Source: Lama glama (taxonomy: Eukaryota). From it: a DNA stretch of 64,000 nucleotides. The stretch covers positions 41,976,001 through 42,040,000 of the forward strand of contig CM052818.1 in NCBI GenBank assembly GCA_028534125.1. Reading direction: 5' to 3'. Below are positions 61,580 through 64,000 of this stretch, in pieces; within the stretch, counting starts at the first letter, position 1; every line of letters starts with the position of its first letter. The notes below the pieces were generated by a model that had not been told where the DNA came from, ran no database searches, and worked only from the letters and a program-made list of their open reading frames with translations. The position numbers were made by a program, and so were the translations under genes.

Positions 61580-62220
61580 AATGAGCCCCCGGTTCTGCCT
61601 CATACTAGTTGTGTGACCTTGAGCTCCCTCAGTCTCAGTTTCTTCATCTATAAAATGGGGAGAAATATGTGCATATCTTGGAGATGCTGGGAGCCTGGCT
61701 CCAGACCACCTCGATAAATCCAGTATCACAATAAAGTGAGTCATGTGAATTTTCTGGTTGCCCAGTGCACATAAAAGTTGTGTTCACGCTCTAGAGTAGG
61801 CTATTAAGTCTGCAATAGCATTGTGTCTGAAAAAACAACGTGCATACTTTAATTTTATAATGGTTGATTGCTAACAAATGCTAACCCTATCTGAACCTTC
61901 AACAAGTCTTAATCTTTTTGCAACAGTCACATCAAAGATCACTGATCGCCGATCACATAACAGATATAGTCATAATGAAAAAATTTGAAATATTGCGAGA
62001 ACAACTAAAATGTGACACAGAGACATGAAAGGAGCAAACACAGTTGGAAAAATGGCTCCAATAGACTCAACGACACAGGGTTACCACCAGACTTCAATCT
62101 GTAATAATCGTTAACATCTGCAAAGTGCCCTAGAGTCCAACGAGGTGTGCCGGCACCTGGCTTGGGGGCTGTCCCGAGAATGAAGGGAGATGTGTGTGCA
62201 GACACCCTGGCACAGTCCTG
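61580..62220 (+). mobile_element. MIR SINE split by the Tigger1 insertion
   Basis: 'ctagttgtgtgaccttg...tctcagtttcttcatctataaaatggggagaaata' before the transposon; 'cacctggcttgggggctgtcccgagaatgaagggagat...cctggcacagtcctg' after it. Confidence 0.7.
61668..62153 (-). mobile_element. internally deleted Tigger1 (TcMar) DNA transposon
   Basis: both decayed termini present ('tgtgcatatcttggagat' and 'cgaggtgtgccgg'); Tigger1 end sequences 'cacaataaagtgagtca..gaattttctggtt.cccagtgca.ataaaagtt' and 'acatcaaagatcactgatc...tttgaaatattgcgagaa...aaaatgtgacacagagaca'; TA on the left, CA on the right; no transposase ORF. Confidence 0.9.
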
Positions 62221-64000
62221 TCCCCGGGGGCTCAGCGGAGGGCGGGGAAATATCTCACATCCCCAGTCTTCCACGGCCTGTTCTCCAATTTGCAAACTTG
62301 TTTTTAATACAACGTATTAAGAGACGTGAAAAGCATACCCCATTTAGATGGTGAAGCGCGTTGTGGGAAAGAACAACCACAGAAGAAACCTGTCTGATCT
62401 GCACGACCCACGAGAGACTAGAGCCCCACACGAGCCCGAGCGGGCGGTCGGGAGGCCGGGAGGCGAGGCATCGGGGAAACCTGCCCCGGCCTGATATCCG
62501 TCATGGGCGGCCACCGCGGCCACCCTGTTGCCTAGGTTAGGAAGGGATGCTCGCAGAGATTCAGCCGCGTGCACAAGGGGTGCGCCTGACGCGTCCACTG
62601 TGCCTGGCAGCCTCCAGGGCTCAGGTTCCAAAGATTTCAAGGGCTCCATCCCTCCAGTATTTTCCAAAGAAAATTTCCCCAGAGGAGGAGAGCAGGAAGA
62701 CACACAATTCCCTCTCGCCTCTTGGCCTGTTCACCAGTCACCGCCTGTAAGTGGTCCGGGGTCCAAGGACATCAGAACCAGGACGGTCTTCAGAGACAAA
62801 GGAATCCAACCTTCTCAGTTCTAGAGTTGGGGAAACTGAGGACAAGGGGTATCTGAGAAGGAATATTTGATTATGAAACCGAAAAAAATAAATCAAGAGT
62901 TCTGGTCTGTGTCCCAGGCCTGAGGACTCCTTGGCCACCAGATAGAGGGATGGAGGAGGTGTCGCTGTAAGATCTTGTACAGGGAGCTCATAGGATCGGC
63001 ATCCTTTCCCACTACAGTGCACGTGGGGGGGATTCAGGAAGCTCTAGGGCTTTCTTTCCACCTCGTTAGGCCGCTGTCCTCCCCACCTCCCCCATCCAGA
63101 AAGAGCCACCTCTCAGAAGCACACAGCACAGGTGCCACCCCCTCTTTCTTCCCTGGCCTGTGGGTGATTAGAGGGAAGATAACATTCCAGGGCGCTGGGG
63201 GGTGGGGGAGGCCAGGCCGCCACCCCCCACCTGGTCTGGGCCTGTTCTCTCAGCTGTCTGTCCATCAGGGCTCCAGGCACTCTGCCCCCATCCCTGGGAA
63301 TGTTAGGAATCCCCTCCCAAACTGGAGCCTCCCCTCTCCCTGAAGCCTCCCCTCCCCCCAAGGCCGCCATCAGCTCTGGCCTTTCAGGAATGCGCTCACT
63401 CCTGGCACCGCCAGGGCCGGTTAAAGTCGGCTAATCCCCAGGCGCATTCATCACTCAGAGGGAGCCTGCAGAGGCCAGGGAAGGCTCCTGCCCCGACCTG
63501 CCAAGTTGGCCGGGACGGATGCATGGACGGATGGATGGACAGAGGGAAGGACAGGCACTGCCTGGAGGGGTGGGAAGGTGGCCCAGCAGGACACGCCCAC
63601 AGACCCAGCCGGAGAGCTCTTCTCCACCCCTCAGCAAAGCTCTTCTACTTCCAGAAATTCTGACATTCAGGAAATTTGGTTTGTGTGATGGTAGAGGGTG
63701 AAAAGAGATGACCAGTTTTTATTGCTGTCGGGGAGAACAGGCAAGGTTGGCAACGCTGACAGTTCAGTGGCCAGATGTGACCTCATTTTAGGGAAACAGC
63801 AAAAGCCAACGTTAACTCTTCCCAAGTGTTCACCTCATCTCTGTAGCTGCTCAGGAGGCAGGTAGGGGCACTGTCCCCCAGAAGCCCCGCATTTCCCGCC
63901 TCCTTGACTTCCACACACTCTTCCCCTCACCTCCCACCCCAGTCTGTGCATCTACGTGGCAGATGCTTGGGCAGTCAATTCCCTCTTCCCTTGGGCTCCC

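Noticed and set aside
1..64000. CRISPR arrays, operons, defence or other novel multi-gene systems; assignment to a named gene locus
   Set aside because: The sequence is mammalian non-coding DNA with no repeat-spacer array or gene cluster, and no exon is available to identify the locus

Overview
Mammalian, repeat-rich, apparently non-coding DNA (intergenic or deep intronic). I found no protein-coding exon, RNA gene, CRISPR array or prokaryote-type system that I can support. The ORF track holds only short, compositionally biased ORFs, plus two artefacts that cross a 500-N gap (10575-11074). Three tRNA-Ala(AGC)-derived SINEs resembling the camelid Vic-1 family, together with artiodactyl-type L1 3' ends and a MER41-like LTR, suggest a camelid genome; this is inferred from remembered consensus sequences. 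The background is GC-rich and dense in ancient MIR and L2 copies. It also carries hAT MITEs (MER20, MER58A), an internally deleted Tigger1, ERVL/MaLR solo LTRs and a more AT/L1-rich block at about 37.5-41.8 kb. Between repeats lie several unique blocks rich in homeodomain or forkhead motifs that look like enhancers, and one CCAAT/ETS/GC-box promoter-like CpG patch at about 36.3 kb. The most unusual structures are: (i) a 178-bp chimeric retro-insertion with a perfect 16-bp TSD (3744-3921); (ii) an AT-rich, 3'UTR-like island fused to a 3'-truncated L1 (about 54.9-55.7 kb); (iii) a complete MER41-like solo LTR carrying a STAT/GAS-type site; (iv) a stack of three L1 3' ends; (v) a cryptic decayed pentamer repeat at about 48.3-48.6 kb. 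I see no evidence for a novel multi-gene system. Repeat family names come from recall rather than alignment, and boundaries without TSDs are approximate.
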